Assembly: GCA_004556965.1 (NCBI GenBank)
Contig: SFFE01000008.1
Coordinates: forward strand, 10,077-74,076
Length of the DNA: 64,000 nt
Direction: 5' to 3'
From: Clostridiales bacterium
GTDB taxonomy: Bacteria; Bacillota; Clostridia; Oscillospirales; Oscillospiraceae
Under the pieces are notes generated by a model. It made no database searches and was not told where the DNA came from. It saw only the letters and a program-made list of their open reading frames with translations. Every line of letters starts with the position of its first letter. Within the stretch, counting starts at the first letter, position 1. This document shows, piece by piece, positions 30,130 to 39,157 of the stretch. The position numbers and the translations under genes are program-made.

Positions 30130-30978
30130 ATGAGAAAATTGATGAATCGAATTGAGCGCTTTTGCTTCCAGCACCCGCGCTTTGGCATCCCGAACCTGAT
30201 GCTGGTGATCGCCATCGGCACCATCGCGGTCTGGGTATTCATGCAGATGGATACGACCGGCAGGATCTATCAGCTCCTGTGCATGTCCGGACAGGCGGTG
30301 CTGCACGGGCAGGTCTGGCGCATCCTCACCTTTGTGTTTCTTCCGGGCGAATCCAACCTGATTTGGTTTATCATTTCACTCTATTTTTACTATTGGATCG
30401 GCTCCTCGCTCGAACGGGAGTGGGGCACCGGCAAGTTCACGATCTACTACCTCAGCGGCATGCTGCTCACGGCTATCTTTGGCGTGCTGCTGTCCCTGCT
30501 CCTCGGCCGGGACGTGGTCGTCAACGCCACGTACCTGAACCTGTCGATGTTCTTTGCGTTTGCGACGCTGTTTCCGGATGTGCAGGTGCTGCTGTTTTTC
30601 ATCATTCCAATCAAAGTAAAGTGGCTGGCCTATATCGACGCGGCTTTGTTTTTGCTCGCGGTAATTACGCTGCCGTTCCCGATTGATCTGCTGCCGGTGG
30701 TGGCGGTGCTGAACTATCTGGTGTTCTGCGGCGACTGGCTGTTTGACTTTCTCCGTCCCAGCCGGGTCCGCCAGCGGCAGAAGACCGTCAACTTCAAGCG
30801 CGAGGCGCGGCGCATCAACCGCGAGCAGAACAGCAAGCCGTACCACCACAAGTGCGCGGTTTGCGGCCGCACGGATGCGGATCATCCGGAGCTGGAGTTC
30901 CGCTACTGCTCCCGCTGCGCGGGCTATCATTGCTTCTGTCAGGATCACATCAACAATCACATCCATTTTACGGAGTAA
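30130..30978 (+). CDS. rhomboid-like membrane protein with C-terminal Cys/His zinc-ribbon tail
   Basis: Multi-TM with WRILTFVFLP and GSSLEREWG blocks. Tail motif CAVCG...CSRCAGYHCFCQDH. Confidence 0.55.
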   Translation: MRKLMNRIERFCFQHPRFGIPNLMLVIAIGTIAVWVFMQMDTTGRIYQLLCMSGQAVLHGQVWRILTFVFLPGESNLIWFIISLYFYYWIGSSLEREWGTGKFTIYYLSGMLLTAIFGVLLSLLLGRDVVVNATYLNLSMFFAFATLFPDVQVLLFFIIPIKVKWLAYIDAALFLLAVITLPFPIDLLPVVAVLNYLVFCGDWLFDFLRPSRVRQRQKTVNFKREARRINREQNSKPYHHKCAVCGRTDADHPELEFRYCSRCAGYHCFCQDHINNHIHFTE

Positions 30979-31008
30979 TTCACTTTCATTGTTACGGGGG
31001 ACACACCC

Positions 31009-32736
31009 ATGAAACTGTTCGGAACCGGCACGGCACAGGCCGGAAAACGGAAACTCGGCATTCCGCCGCGCCTGCTGGCGGAAGGGGCAATTCTGACGGC
31101 GCTGTGTGTGGTGCTGCTGGTGATCGTGGTGAAGCTGTACACCCTTCCGGAGGATGTGCTGCCCGGCGTGGATGCGTTCCTTCAGAATCAGTCCGGCGGG
31201 GCGGACGCACAATTTACGCCCGTCTGCACCGCGCAGACGAACCCGGCGAACCTGATCGCGTCCGCGGAGGTGCTCCTGAACGGAGAGCTGTGCGAGACGT
31301 ATCAGGCGGCGGAGCCGATCACGTTCGGAACAGGTGACACATATACGGACATGGCGGGCATCGTGACGTTCCGCGGCAACAACTTCCGCAGCGGCGCGGC
31401 CTACGGTACCGCCGCGCTGACAGAGAAGAAATTCGGGCAGAAGTGGACGGTCAGTTCCTCGTCCCTGCAGGCGCCGGACGGCGAGGTCTGGACCGGCAGC
31501 GGATGGACGGGGCAGCCTTTGATCGTCACGTGGCCGAAGGCGACCCGGCAGGTGATGAACCTGAAAGACTGGGCCAAAACGCAGGAGACGCTCACTGAGG
31601 TCGTCTATGCGACGATGGATGGGCATGTGTATTTTCTGGAGCTGGAAACGGGGAAGGCCACGCGCGACCCGCTGTTTCTGGGCTTCACGTTCAAGGGCAC
31701 CGGCGCGCTCGACCCGCGCGGGTATCCGATCCTGTACGTCGGCGCGGGCTATAACAGCGCAAAGGGCACAGGGCGCGCCATGGCTGTGAGCCTGATCGAC
31801 GGCTCGGTGCTGTATGAATTCGGCGCGAACGACGGCTTTGCGCTGCGCGCATGGTCCATGTATGATGCGTCCCCACTCGTGGACGCGGAGACGGATCAGC
31901 TCATTTACCCCGGAGAGAACGGCGTGCTGTACATCGTGAAGCTGAATACGCAGTATGACGAGACGGCCGGCACGCTCACGATGTCACCGGACGAGCCGGT
32001 GCGCTGGCGCTATTCCGGTACGCGCACGGGGCAGCAATACTGGGTCGGCATGGAGGCTTCGCCGGTCATCTGGCGGGAGCACCTCATCATCGGCGACAAC
32101 GGCGGCAACCTCATGTGCCTGAACCTCAATACGCTTCAGCTCGTCTGGGTGCAGGACGTGCTCGACGATACGAACTGCACGCCGGTTCTGGAGCTGGAGG
32201 ACGGGCATCCGTATGTGTACGTCAGTACCTCGTTCCACGCGGGCTGGCGCGCGGCAGAAAACTCCACGGCCACCATCCCGGTCTGGAAGATCGACGCCGT
32301 GAACGGCGAGATTGTCTGGCAGACGGACTACACCTGCTACACGCAGTCCGGCGTTTCCGGCGGCGTGCAGGGCACCATTGCGCTGGGCAAAAACAAGCTT
32401 TCGAACCTGATTTTTGTTCCCGTGGCGCGCACGGGAAGCAATGCCAGCGCCGGAAAGCTCGTTGCGCTGGATAAGCAGACCGGCGAGATGGTCTGGGAGT
32501 TTCCGACCGCGGTGTACAGTTGGAGCTCGCCCGTGGACTTTTACGACGCGGAGGGTAACGGCTATCTGATCTACTGTACCTCCGGCGGGTACATGTACCT
32601 GCTCGACGGTGCGACCGGCGAAAAGCTGGACGCGATCGATCTCAACGGCAACATCGAGGCGTCCGCCGCGGTGTTCAACAACACGGTTGTCGTCGGCCAC
32701 CGCTCGCAGAAGATTTTTGGAATTGCGTTGACTTAA
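31009..32736 (+). CDS. PQQ-like beta-propeller repeat protein, membrane anchored
   Basis: N-terminal TM helix. Repeated G.VY/G.LY...D..TG beta-propeller blades. Confidence 0.65.
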   Translation: MKLFGTGTAQAGKRKLGIPPRLLAEGAILTALCVVLLVIVVKLYTLPEDVLPGVDAFLQNQSGGADAQFTPVCTAQTNPANLIASAEVLLNGELCETYQAAEPITFGTGDTYTDMAGIVTFRGNNFRSGAAYGTAALTEKKFGQKWTVSSSSLQAPDGEVWTGSGWTGQPLIVTWPKATRQVMNLKDWAKTQETLTEVVYATMDGHVYFLELETGKATRDPLFLGFTFKGTGALDPRGYPILYVGAGYNSAKGTGRAMAVSLIDGSVLYEFGANDGFALRAWSMYDASPLVDAETDQLIYPGENGVLYIVKLNTQYDETAGTLTMSPDEPVRWRYSGTRTGQQYWVGMEASPVIWREHLIIGDNGGNLMCLNLNTLQLVWVQDVLDDTNCTPVLELEDGHPYVYVSTSFHAGWRAAENSTATIPVWKIDAVNGEIVWQTDYTCYTQSGVSGGVQGTIALGKNKLSNLIFVPVARTGSNASAGKLVALDKQTGEMVWEFPTAVYSWSSPVDFYDAEGNGYLIYCTSGGYMYLLDGATGEKLDAIDLNGNIEASAAVFNNTVVVGHRSQKIFGIALT

Positions 32737-32750
32737 ATCCCGTAAAAATT

Positions 32751-32786
32751 GCCCCGGAGCTCAGCTCCGGGGCGCTGTTGTTTTTG
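32751..32786. terminator. bidirectional terminator between convergent genes
   Basis: GCCCCGGAGC/GCTCCGGGGC stem with T-runs on both strands. Confidence 0.7.
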
Positions 32787-32795
32787 GATTAAAGC

Positions 32796-34025
32796 TCAGA
32801 ACTCCAGGACGCGGCGCATGCGCATCAGCGTCAGGCGGTTGCGGATGGCAGCGGACAGATCCAGCACGTCTTCCTTCAGGGCGGGGTCAATGTGCAGGTC
32901 CTCCAGCCGGTACTTTGCGCCGAGATCGGCATAGAGCTTGCGCAGATCGTCCGCCTGAGGGATGGTGTCCACAATGGCGCGAATCTCGTCCCAGTGATCG
33001 ACGATCTGCTGCGGGTCGAACGTTGCGAGCACGTCGTTCGCGTTCTCCGCAAGGATGACGTCTGCAAGCGGGCCGAACTTTTCCGCCACCCACGCGGGGT
33101 CGAGCGGCTGGAACGCCTTGGCCTTCGGCGTCATGGCGGCCATGCGGTGATATTCCTCAGCGGCGAGAATGGTGCCAACGCCGACGCATTCACCGTGAAT
33201 GCCGGCGGCCTGTTCGAATCTCGGCGGCTTCATTTCCACCAGATGCGCCATCAGGTGTTCCGAGCCGGAGGCGGCGCGGGAGTTGCTGAGCATCTGCATG
33301 GTCAGGCCGCTGATCATCTGCGCGTAGGTCATGGCCTCGATGTCGGCGGGCTTGCCGTCGAGCAGGTCGTGCGCGCAGCGCAGCATGGTGTGCAGCGCGT
33401 CCTCGGCCATCTCCGCCACGCGCTCGCAGTAAAATTCGCCCGTGACGAGGTGGGCGATGCGCCAGTCGGCCAGCGAGACGTACTTGGCCAGAATGTCGCA
33501 GATGCCGCTGGCCATCAGGAAGGCCGGCGCGCCGGAGAGAATATCCAGATCGCAGAGCACCAGCTCCGCAGCATTCATCGGGATCGAGCATTTTTTGCCG
33601 TCGATGATGATGGAGCAGATATTGGCGGTAAACCCGTCGGCGCTCGCCACGGTGGGCACACACACAAACGGAATGCCGAGCTGATACGCGCTGTAGCGCG
33701 CGAAATCCGTGATCGTTCCGGAGCCGACGGACACGAGAAAATCGGGAGATTCCAGCTCCGCCATCATGGCCTCAGTGCGCTCCTTCGTAGTGCTCAGACC
33801 CTTGGCCTCCAGAATGATCTGCTGGTCGGCACGCGGGTGCTCGGCGGTCAGCTTGTAGGTGTTCGTATCATAAATAATCGTGCGGCGGCCGGTCAGGCCG
33901 ATCTCCTTCAGGTACCGATCCATGTTGTTGAAGCAGCCGGATTCGATCACGACCTTTTTCGTAGTGACAGTATGGGTGCGGCCGCAGGAGCAAAGACCGT
34001 CGTATTGGGTGCAGTCGAGAATCAT
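32796..34025 (-). CDS. iron-containing alcohol dehydrogenase family, sn-glycerol-1-phosphate dehydrogenase (AraM/EgsA)-like
   Basis: GSGTITDFAR and SGSEH..AH metal-site blocks. AAGGAAG RBS before the ATG at 34025. The longer ORF to 34577 has no coding support. Confidence 0.7.
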   Translation of the reverse strand: MILDCTQYDGLCSCGRTHTVTTKKVVIESGCFNNMDRYLKEIGLTGRRTIIYDTNTYKLTAEHPRADQQIILEAKGLSTTKERTEAMMAELESPDFLVSVGSGTITDFARYSAYQLGIPFVCVPTVASADGFTANICSIIIDGKKCSIPMNAAELVLCDLDILSGAPAFLMASGICDILAKYVSLADWRIAHLVTGEFYCERVAEMAEDALHTMLRCAHDLLDGKPADIEAMTYAQMISGLTMQMLSNSRAASGSEHLMAHLVEMKPPRFEQAAGIHGECVGVGTILAAEEYHRMAAMTPKAKAFQPLDPAWVAEKFGPLADVILAENANDVLATFDPQQIVDHWDEIRAIVDTIPQADDLRKLYADLGAKYRLEDLHIDPALKEDVLDLSAAIRNRLTLMRMRRVLEF

Positions 34026-34145
34026 AGTGCAAACTTCCTTTCCCTTAAAGACTGGCATTTCTTTTATCAATGTGATAGTATCAGATTTACCCGATAAAAT
34101 CAATTCCAACCATACGCCGAATGGCGGAAAATTGAGGTTTTTTCC

Positions 34146-34961
34146 ATGGAAGAACGCTTGAAAATTGCAATTTTGAATCCGGCGGGAAATGTCACGGCCG
34201 TCGTTTTGTCGGAGATTTCGCCGCAGCGGCGCGCTGCTTTGGCGGAGCGGCTGCTCTCGCTTCCGGAGCTGCACATTGAGCAGGCGGCGTTTCTCGCGCC
34301 GCCGCAGCTTGGCGGGGAAATTCGTCTGGAAATGATGGGAGGCGAATTTTGCGGCAACGCGCTGCGCTGTGCGGGCTATTTTCAGGCGCTGTGCCGCGCT
34401 GAGCAGGGCAAATGCTGCGTTATGGCGGAAATCAGCGGTGCGCCCGGCGTCCTGCCGGTGATGGTGGATACGGCGCAGAATATGGCGTCGACCACGATGC
34501 CGCTGCCGGTATCCGTGGAGACGCTCGCCTGGCCGGAGACAGCGGTGCACCGCGTCGCGTTTGACGGGATTACGCACTATGTCATCGACCGGGCGGAGCC
34601 GGACGACGCGCTCGTACAGCGCGCGATTCAGGACGCGGGGGCGTGCCCCGCTGTCGGCGCCATTTTTCTGAACCGTGCCACCGGCGCCATCCGCCCCATT
34701 GTCTATGTGCGGGAAACCGGCTCGTGCGTGGCGGAGACGAGCTGCGCCTCGGGCAGCACGGCGGCTGCCGTTGTGCTGTCGTCAGATCTGCGCGACGGCA
34801 TCACGGAAATCGGCGTCGGCCAGCCCGGCGGCGATCTGGAGGTCGGTGTGCGCAAGGAGTCGGGGCAGGTAACGGGGCTTTCCATCGGCGGCCCGGTACG
34901 TCTGGAGCAGATCATCGAGCTGCGCATACCGGACGAAGCGTCCGCCTGCCCGCAAGGGTAA
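34146..34961 (+). CDS. DapF-fold epimerase/racemase family protein
   Basis: Both catalytic-Cys blocks are present: GGEFCGNALRC and ETSCASGSTAAA. Confidence 0.65.
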   Translation: MEERLKIAILNPAGNVTAVVLSEISPQRRAALAERLLSLPELHIEQAAFLAPPQLGGEIRLEMMGGEFCGNALRCAGYFQALCRAEQGKCCVMAEISGAPGVLPVMVDTAQNMASTTMPLPVSVETLAWPETAVHRVAFDGITHYVIDRAEPDDALVQRAIQDAGACPAVGAIFLNRATGAIRPIVYVRETGSCVAETSCASGSTAAAVVLSSDLRDGITEIGVGQPGGDLEVGVRKESGQVTGLSIGGPVRLEQIIELRIPDEASACPQG

Positions 34962-35375
34962 AAGCATTGCAAAACGCAGGCAGCCAGCAGGAGCAAGCGC
35001 TCTCTGCTGGCTGCCTGTGCTGGGGGTACTCATCTCACAGGAGTGTTTTTGCTTTGCAGGGTCCTGCTTATTGTGCGCTGCCGCATTTGATGGACTTGAT
35101 TGCATCCTGACGCCAGTGCACTTAGTCTTTTGGACGATACCACTTCTTCATTGCTTTCAAAGATGAAATAACGCAAGCTGCAAAGTGCAGTACGTTCTGA
35201 AACGAAGATTGGATGAGAATCTTGAATTCATTATAACGTCTGCGTCCGGCTTGTCAATATGACGGTGTGGAGCTGTTTTTATGCTGCGAGCAGTTCGAGC
35301 GTCTCCTTTTTGACACCCGGTTTGGTTCGTTTTTTCTGCTTAAACTGCGTATCTTTACGCCGGCTTCGAAGCAAA

Positions 35376-35412
35376 GAAAAGCCCCTGTAACCGTTAAGAT
35401 TACAGGGGCTTT
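35376..35412 (-). terminator. native terminator following the displaced tRNA-Thr 3' end
   Basis: 9-bp stem GCCCCTGTA/TACAGGGGC flanked by A/T runs, directly 3' of the tRNA fragment. Confidence 0.6.
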
Positions 35413-35427
35413 TCCGGTATTCCAATG

Positions 35428-35472
35428 TGGAGCTGCTGGGCAGATTCGAACTGCCGACCTCATCCTTACCAA
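35428..35472 (-). repeat. 45-bp duplicate of the tRNA-Thr 3' half (anticodon loop to CCA); distal att site of the island
   Basis: Identical to 42416-42460. Sequences diverge immediately outside both copies. Confidence 0.9.
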
Positions 35473-35596
35473 TTCTTGCCCCGCCTTTTTTTGCTTGTCG
35501 TATCTTGACGCAGTTTAACACAGATTTTCGTTGATATTACAGTGTTTCCAGGCTGCACGACTGTTTTGCTTTTCGTATCTTGTCACAGCTTGTTAT

Positions 35597-35639
35597 GTAG
35601 TGGTTTTTCGTGTATGTAGTGGTTTTTGTAGTGGTTTTT
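35597..35639 (+). repeat. three direct copies of GTAGTGGTTTTT (candidate integrase arm-type sites, left arm)
   Basis: Copies at 35597-35608, 35616-35627 and 35628-35639. Two more lie at the other island end. Confidence 0.6.
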
Positions 35640-35641
35640 CT

Positions 35642-35868
35642 GGAGCGGCTCACAGACGCACCAGGGCGCGCAGCCGCTCCAGGATCGCGCAGGCCGCCAG
35701 GGCGCAGCCAGAGGCCAGCAGGGTCTCACATGCTGCCGGAGCGGCTCACAGGCGCACCAGGGCGCGCAGCAGCCGCTCCAGGATCACACAGGCCGCCAGG
35801 GCGCAGCCGGAGGCCAGCAGCGTCTCACATGCTGCCGGAGCGGCTCACAGGCGAACCAGGGCGCTCCC
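35642..35868 (+). repeat. tandem repeat array A (family 1: 96 + 99 bp units plus a partial unit)
   Basis: Units start with GGAGCGGCTCACAG at 35642, 35738 and 35837. Each contains GGAGCGGCT...AGCCGCTCC inverted 9-mers. Confidence 0.9.
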
Positions 35869-35900
35869 TGCTGCTATCGGCAGAGAGCGCCCTGTTTTTA
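35857..35900 (+). terminator. hairpin plus T-run closing array A
   Basis: AGGGCGCTC...GAGCGCCCT stem followed by GTTTTTA. Confidence 0.6.
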
Positions 35901-37094
35901 TCATGCCTGTTTTTCTTTCAAAGCCTCCCGGAATACCTCACCCGCGCGCTTTATGCTTTCTTGGTCTGCATGTGTGTACATGCGCAGCGTTACGGCCTTG
36001 TCACTATGCCCCAGCGCCTCCGATACAGATGCAATGTCAGCGCCGTTTGTGATCGCTACAGAGGCGAAAGAATGACGCAGCTTGTGCGGGTGCATACCCT
36101 GCACGCCGTAGCGCTCACCAAACTTGGAAAAGTAGCGCGTAGGGCTTTGCGGGTGCATAGGTTCATAGCTGCCCTGTTTAGTGAACACGTAAACGCTCAC
36201 CGCGCTTTCACTCTGCTGCTGTCTGTGCTGCCGGAGCAGGGGCAGCAGCGCTGCACTAAAATACACTGTGCGCTCCCTTCCGTTTTTGGGGGTATCAAGA
36301 TACACGCCCTTTTCCGGGGTGTAACACAGATTGCCTTTGATGGTAATGGAGCGGCTTTCCATGTCAATATCTTCCCAGCGCAGCGCGCAGCACTCGCCGC
36401 GCCGGATTCCTGTTTCAAGCAGCAGAGAAACATATAACCGCCATTGGAGCGGCTCACCCTCCAGGCATTGCAGGATATAGGAAAGTTCATCAGCCGTGAA
36501 AGCGTCAACCTCACCCCCGGTCTTTTCACCCTTGCGGGGCTTTGGGCGCTCGACCTTGTCCATTGGGTTGCGCGGGATCGCGTCATTTAGATACGCCATT
36601 TTGAAAAACGTTGACAGCAGCGAATAGTGTTTTATAACCGTAGCGTGTGCAAGTCCTTCCCTTTGCATGGAGAGCAGCAGCGCGGAAATATTCGCGGGTG
36701 TAATGTCCGGCATTTTCAGATCCCCTATAGCGGGGTAAATGCGGTTGTTTAGGCATTGCTGCCATACTGTGCGCGTGTTCTCGCTGATAGAAACGGCCTT
36801 TGACGGCATGAAAACGTTTTCCCCGTATTCCTTGAAGGTCTGCACCTTTGCGGCCTCGCGCAGCCGCTCCCGCGCCAATTCCTTTTTATCCTCGCGCCCC
36901 AGGGCAGCGCCTGCCTGCACTTGTCTTTCAAAGTCACGCGCAGCCTTGTTTAATTCGCGCTCGATTGTGCGCTTGCTCCAGCCATCAGCCGGATACCAGC
37001 GCTTGTAAACCTTGGATTTCCCGCGCCCCCGGCTCACGCCGATTTCATAAAACAGGACACCGGATTTAGTGTATTTTTCCCGGATTGATGCCAT
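35901..37094 (-). CDS. int: tyrosine site-specific integrase
   Basis: C-terminal catalytic R..HKLRHSFAS...LGH...Y motifs. GGAGG RBS before the ATG at 37094. Confidence 0.9.
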   Translation of the reverse strand: MASIREKYTKSGVLFYEIGVSRGRGKSKVYKRWYPADGWSKRTIERELNKAARDFERQVQAGAALGREDKKELARERLREAAKVQTFKEYGENVFMPSKAVSISENTRTVWQQCLNNRIYPAIGDLKMPDITPANISALLLSMQREGLAHATVIKHYSLLSTFFKMAYLNDAIPRNPMDKVERPKPRKGEKTGGEVDAFTADELSYILQCLEGEPLQWRLYVSLLLETGIRRGECCALRWEDIDMESRSITIKGNLCYTPEKGVYLDTPKNGRERTVYFSAALLPLLRQHRQQQSESAVSVYVFTKQGSYEPMHPQSPTRYFSKFGERYGVQGMHPHKLRHSFASVAITNGADIASVSEALGHSDKAVTLRMYTHADQESIKRAGEVFREALKEKQA

Positions 37095-37466
37095 ATATTG
37101 AGACCTCCAGAAAGAAAAGATAAAAAAGGGGTATTGACATCGGTCACGATTCAAGTATAATAGACGGCAAAGCAAGATGCAAGATATTTAATCACAATTG
37201 CAGACTTGCGGCGGGAGATTCCCGTACAATCAGAGCCGAGAGCCTTGAGGGCCGAGGGCCTATAATGTTACCACGTTATAGGTATGCCCTAAGGACAACA
37301 ACAAGAGCCAGTGCCTAAGTGCCAGAGCCTATAACGTTCATTGCGTGATAGGTGCAGCTAGGCCAGGCAATTATAAATCCGGCCAGCGCTCCAGCAGCCC
37401 GCGCCACGAACAAAAAACGCTTTGCGTAGTCGTGGTATGGTCGGCATATTGTGAGCGAGAGCCTTT

Positions 37467-37524
37467 GAGCGAGAGCCACTGACAACGCAATGCAGCGTGT
37501 TGTCAGTGGTTCTCGCTCTTTTTG
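37467..37524 (+). terminator. 20-bp-stem hairpin plus T5 immediately upstream of the xis-rep RBS (terminator/attenuator)
   Basis: GAGCGAGAGCCACTGACAAC / GTTGTCAGTGGTTCTCGCTC (one G-U position) followed by TTTTTG. Confidence 0.7.
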
Positions 37525-37557
37525 CGTTCAAACCACTTTGGGAAAGGAGAAATCCGC

Positions 37558-37758
37558 ATGAACAAAGCACCATTCCAGAAAATCACAGAGGCCAGCAAAA
37601 CAACTGGGCTTTCGCAGTCGTTCCTCCGCAAAGGCTGCAAGGCCGGGAGCGTGCCGCATATCGTGAGCGGCAACGTGTATTACATTGATGTGGAGCGGCT
37701 GCTTGAGCGGCTGCGCACGTCGCCGGAGGCGTTCAGCGCCGTGCAAGGGGGTAAATAA
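37558..37758 (+). CDS. xis: excisionase/MerR-like HTH DNA-binding protein
   Basis: 66 aa with HTH block ITEASKTTGLSQSFLRKGCKAG. AAAGGAG RBS. Stop overlaps the rep ATG. Confidence 0.65.
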   Translation: MNKAPFQKITEASKTTGLSQSFLRKGCKAGSVPHIVSGNVYYIDVERLLERLRTSPEAFSAVQGGK

Positions 37759-38504
37759 TGCCCAGGACACGAAAGGTAAAACGAGTGGAGGCGGGGCAGC
37801 TTGTGAAGATCACCACATACACACAAGTCTTTCCACAGGATCAACCGGAGCACCGCGCCGCAAAGGCCAAAGCGACAAACGCCGCCCGGCAGCGCATAAA
37901 CGACAAGTGCTCATATGAAAAGCTGGAGGAGCGGCTATACGCGAATTTCACCAGCGCGGATTATGTCGTTACCCTCACCTATGACGAACAGCACCAGCTC
38001 ACGAAATGGAAGTACATTCGCGCAGCTATGGCGAATTTCCTCAAACGCTTGCGCTATGCGCGCGGAAAGCGCGGGGAGACCTTGCGTTATATCTATGTAA
38101 CGGAGGGGCTGCACGGAGACAAGCGCGTTCATCATCATATGGTTATCAATGCACCCGGCACAGGCGTTGACATTCTGGAAGAGGTCAAAGCCTGCTGGAG
38201 AGAGGGAGCGGTAACAAAAGTGGAGCGGCTTGACATGCTTTCCCTTGGAGCGCTTTCAAAGTATCTCACAAAGGAAAACGTAGAGACCGGGCGCGCCTTT
38301 AAGGGGTCTCATTCCTGGATTGCCTCGCACAATCTGAAAGCGCCAAAGATAACATACGAATTTAACGACATTGGCAAAGTACCATTTGCACCGCCCGGCG
38401 CGCATGTGATCGCCTCCGAAAGCATGAAAACAGACAACGGCTTTGGAAGTTACACATACTTGAAGTATATTCGCGCCGGAGAGCAGCCGCAGGCGAACAC
38501 ATAA
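37758..38504 (+). CDS. rep: HUH-superfamily rolling-circle replication initiator-like protein
   Basis: Motif 1 VVTLTYD, HUH motif HHHMVIN and Tyr motif LSKYLTKE. 248 aa. Paralogue of 55862..56608. Confidence 0.7.
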   Translation: MPRTRKVKRVEAGQLVKITTYTQVFPQDQPEHRAAKAKATNAARQRINDKCSYEKLEERLYANFTSADYVVTLTYDEQHQLTKWKYIRAAMANFLKRLRYARGKRGETLRYIYVTEGLHGDKRVHHHMVINAPGTGVDILEEVKACWREGAVTKVERLDMLSLGALSKYLTKENVETGRAFKGSHSWIASHNLKAPKITYEFNDIGKVPFAPPGAHVIASESMKTDNGFGSYTYLKYIRAGEQPQANT

Positions 38505-38730
38505 CGCCAGCGGAATGAAAGGGCAGAGAGCACGCCGCAGGCATAAAAACGCTATGCCGGAGCGGCTGCCCTGCCGCGCACAATCAAGCCACAGCAGCGG
38601 CTAAATTGTGCAGCTTTCACAAAAAAGTGAATACGCGTTTATAACTTGAAACAAGGTATATCTTTTGGAGGAAGGCCGTCAAAAACGTTGAAATACCAAC
38701 GTTTAGCGGGTATGATTGCACTATGAGCAC

Positions 38731-39130
38731 CGGAGCGGCTTTGCATCAGCTTTTCAGAGGCCAGCGCCGCCGCGCTTGTGCCCAATTCGGACACGCCGGA
38801 GCGCAGCCGCTCCAGGATCGCGCAGAGCGCACAAGGGCGCGCAGCCGCTCCAGGCCGCCCCAGGGGGAGCACCCCTCCCCCGGTCAAGAGGCGCGCTCAT
38901 GCCGCCAGCGCCGATATACCCCCGAAGTATTATTTTTTTCTCATATACGCGGAATAAACAAAGCGCGCAGGCCGCATGTGTGATTCATGCGCGCGTGATC
39001 GCGCAGGCCGTCCAGATCGCACCAGGGAGCGCAGCCGCTCCAGGATCACAGAGGCCGCCAGGGCGCAGCGGAGGCCAGCAGGGTCTCACACGCTGCCGGA
39101 GCGGCTCACAGAGCACAGCAGCCGCTCAAT
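38731..39130 (+). repeat. repeat array B (family 1, degenerate and interrupted)
   Basis: Recognisable unit pieces (GGAGCGGCT, GCAGCCGCTCCAGGATC, GGCCAGCAGGGTCTCACA) at 38731-38875 and 38995-39130. Confidence 0.75.
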
Positions 39131-39157
39131 AGCGGACACAGAAAGAGAGGTTAAACC

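Noticed and set aside
32796-34577. The 593-aa version of the dehydrogenase ORF, extending to 34577.
   Set aside because: The N-terminal 184 aa are Arg-rich junk overlapping the divergent DapF-like gene. A proper RBS and conserved N-terminus begin at the ATG at 34025.
35100-35260. Minus-strand fragment (...RYNEFKILIQSSFQNVLHFAACVISSLKAMKKWYRPKD*) that resembles the extreme C-terminus of a transposase, just outside the island.
   Set aside because: It is only about 40 codons with no upstream continuation, and I cannot assign a family from memory. It may be an IS remnant but is unsupported.
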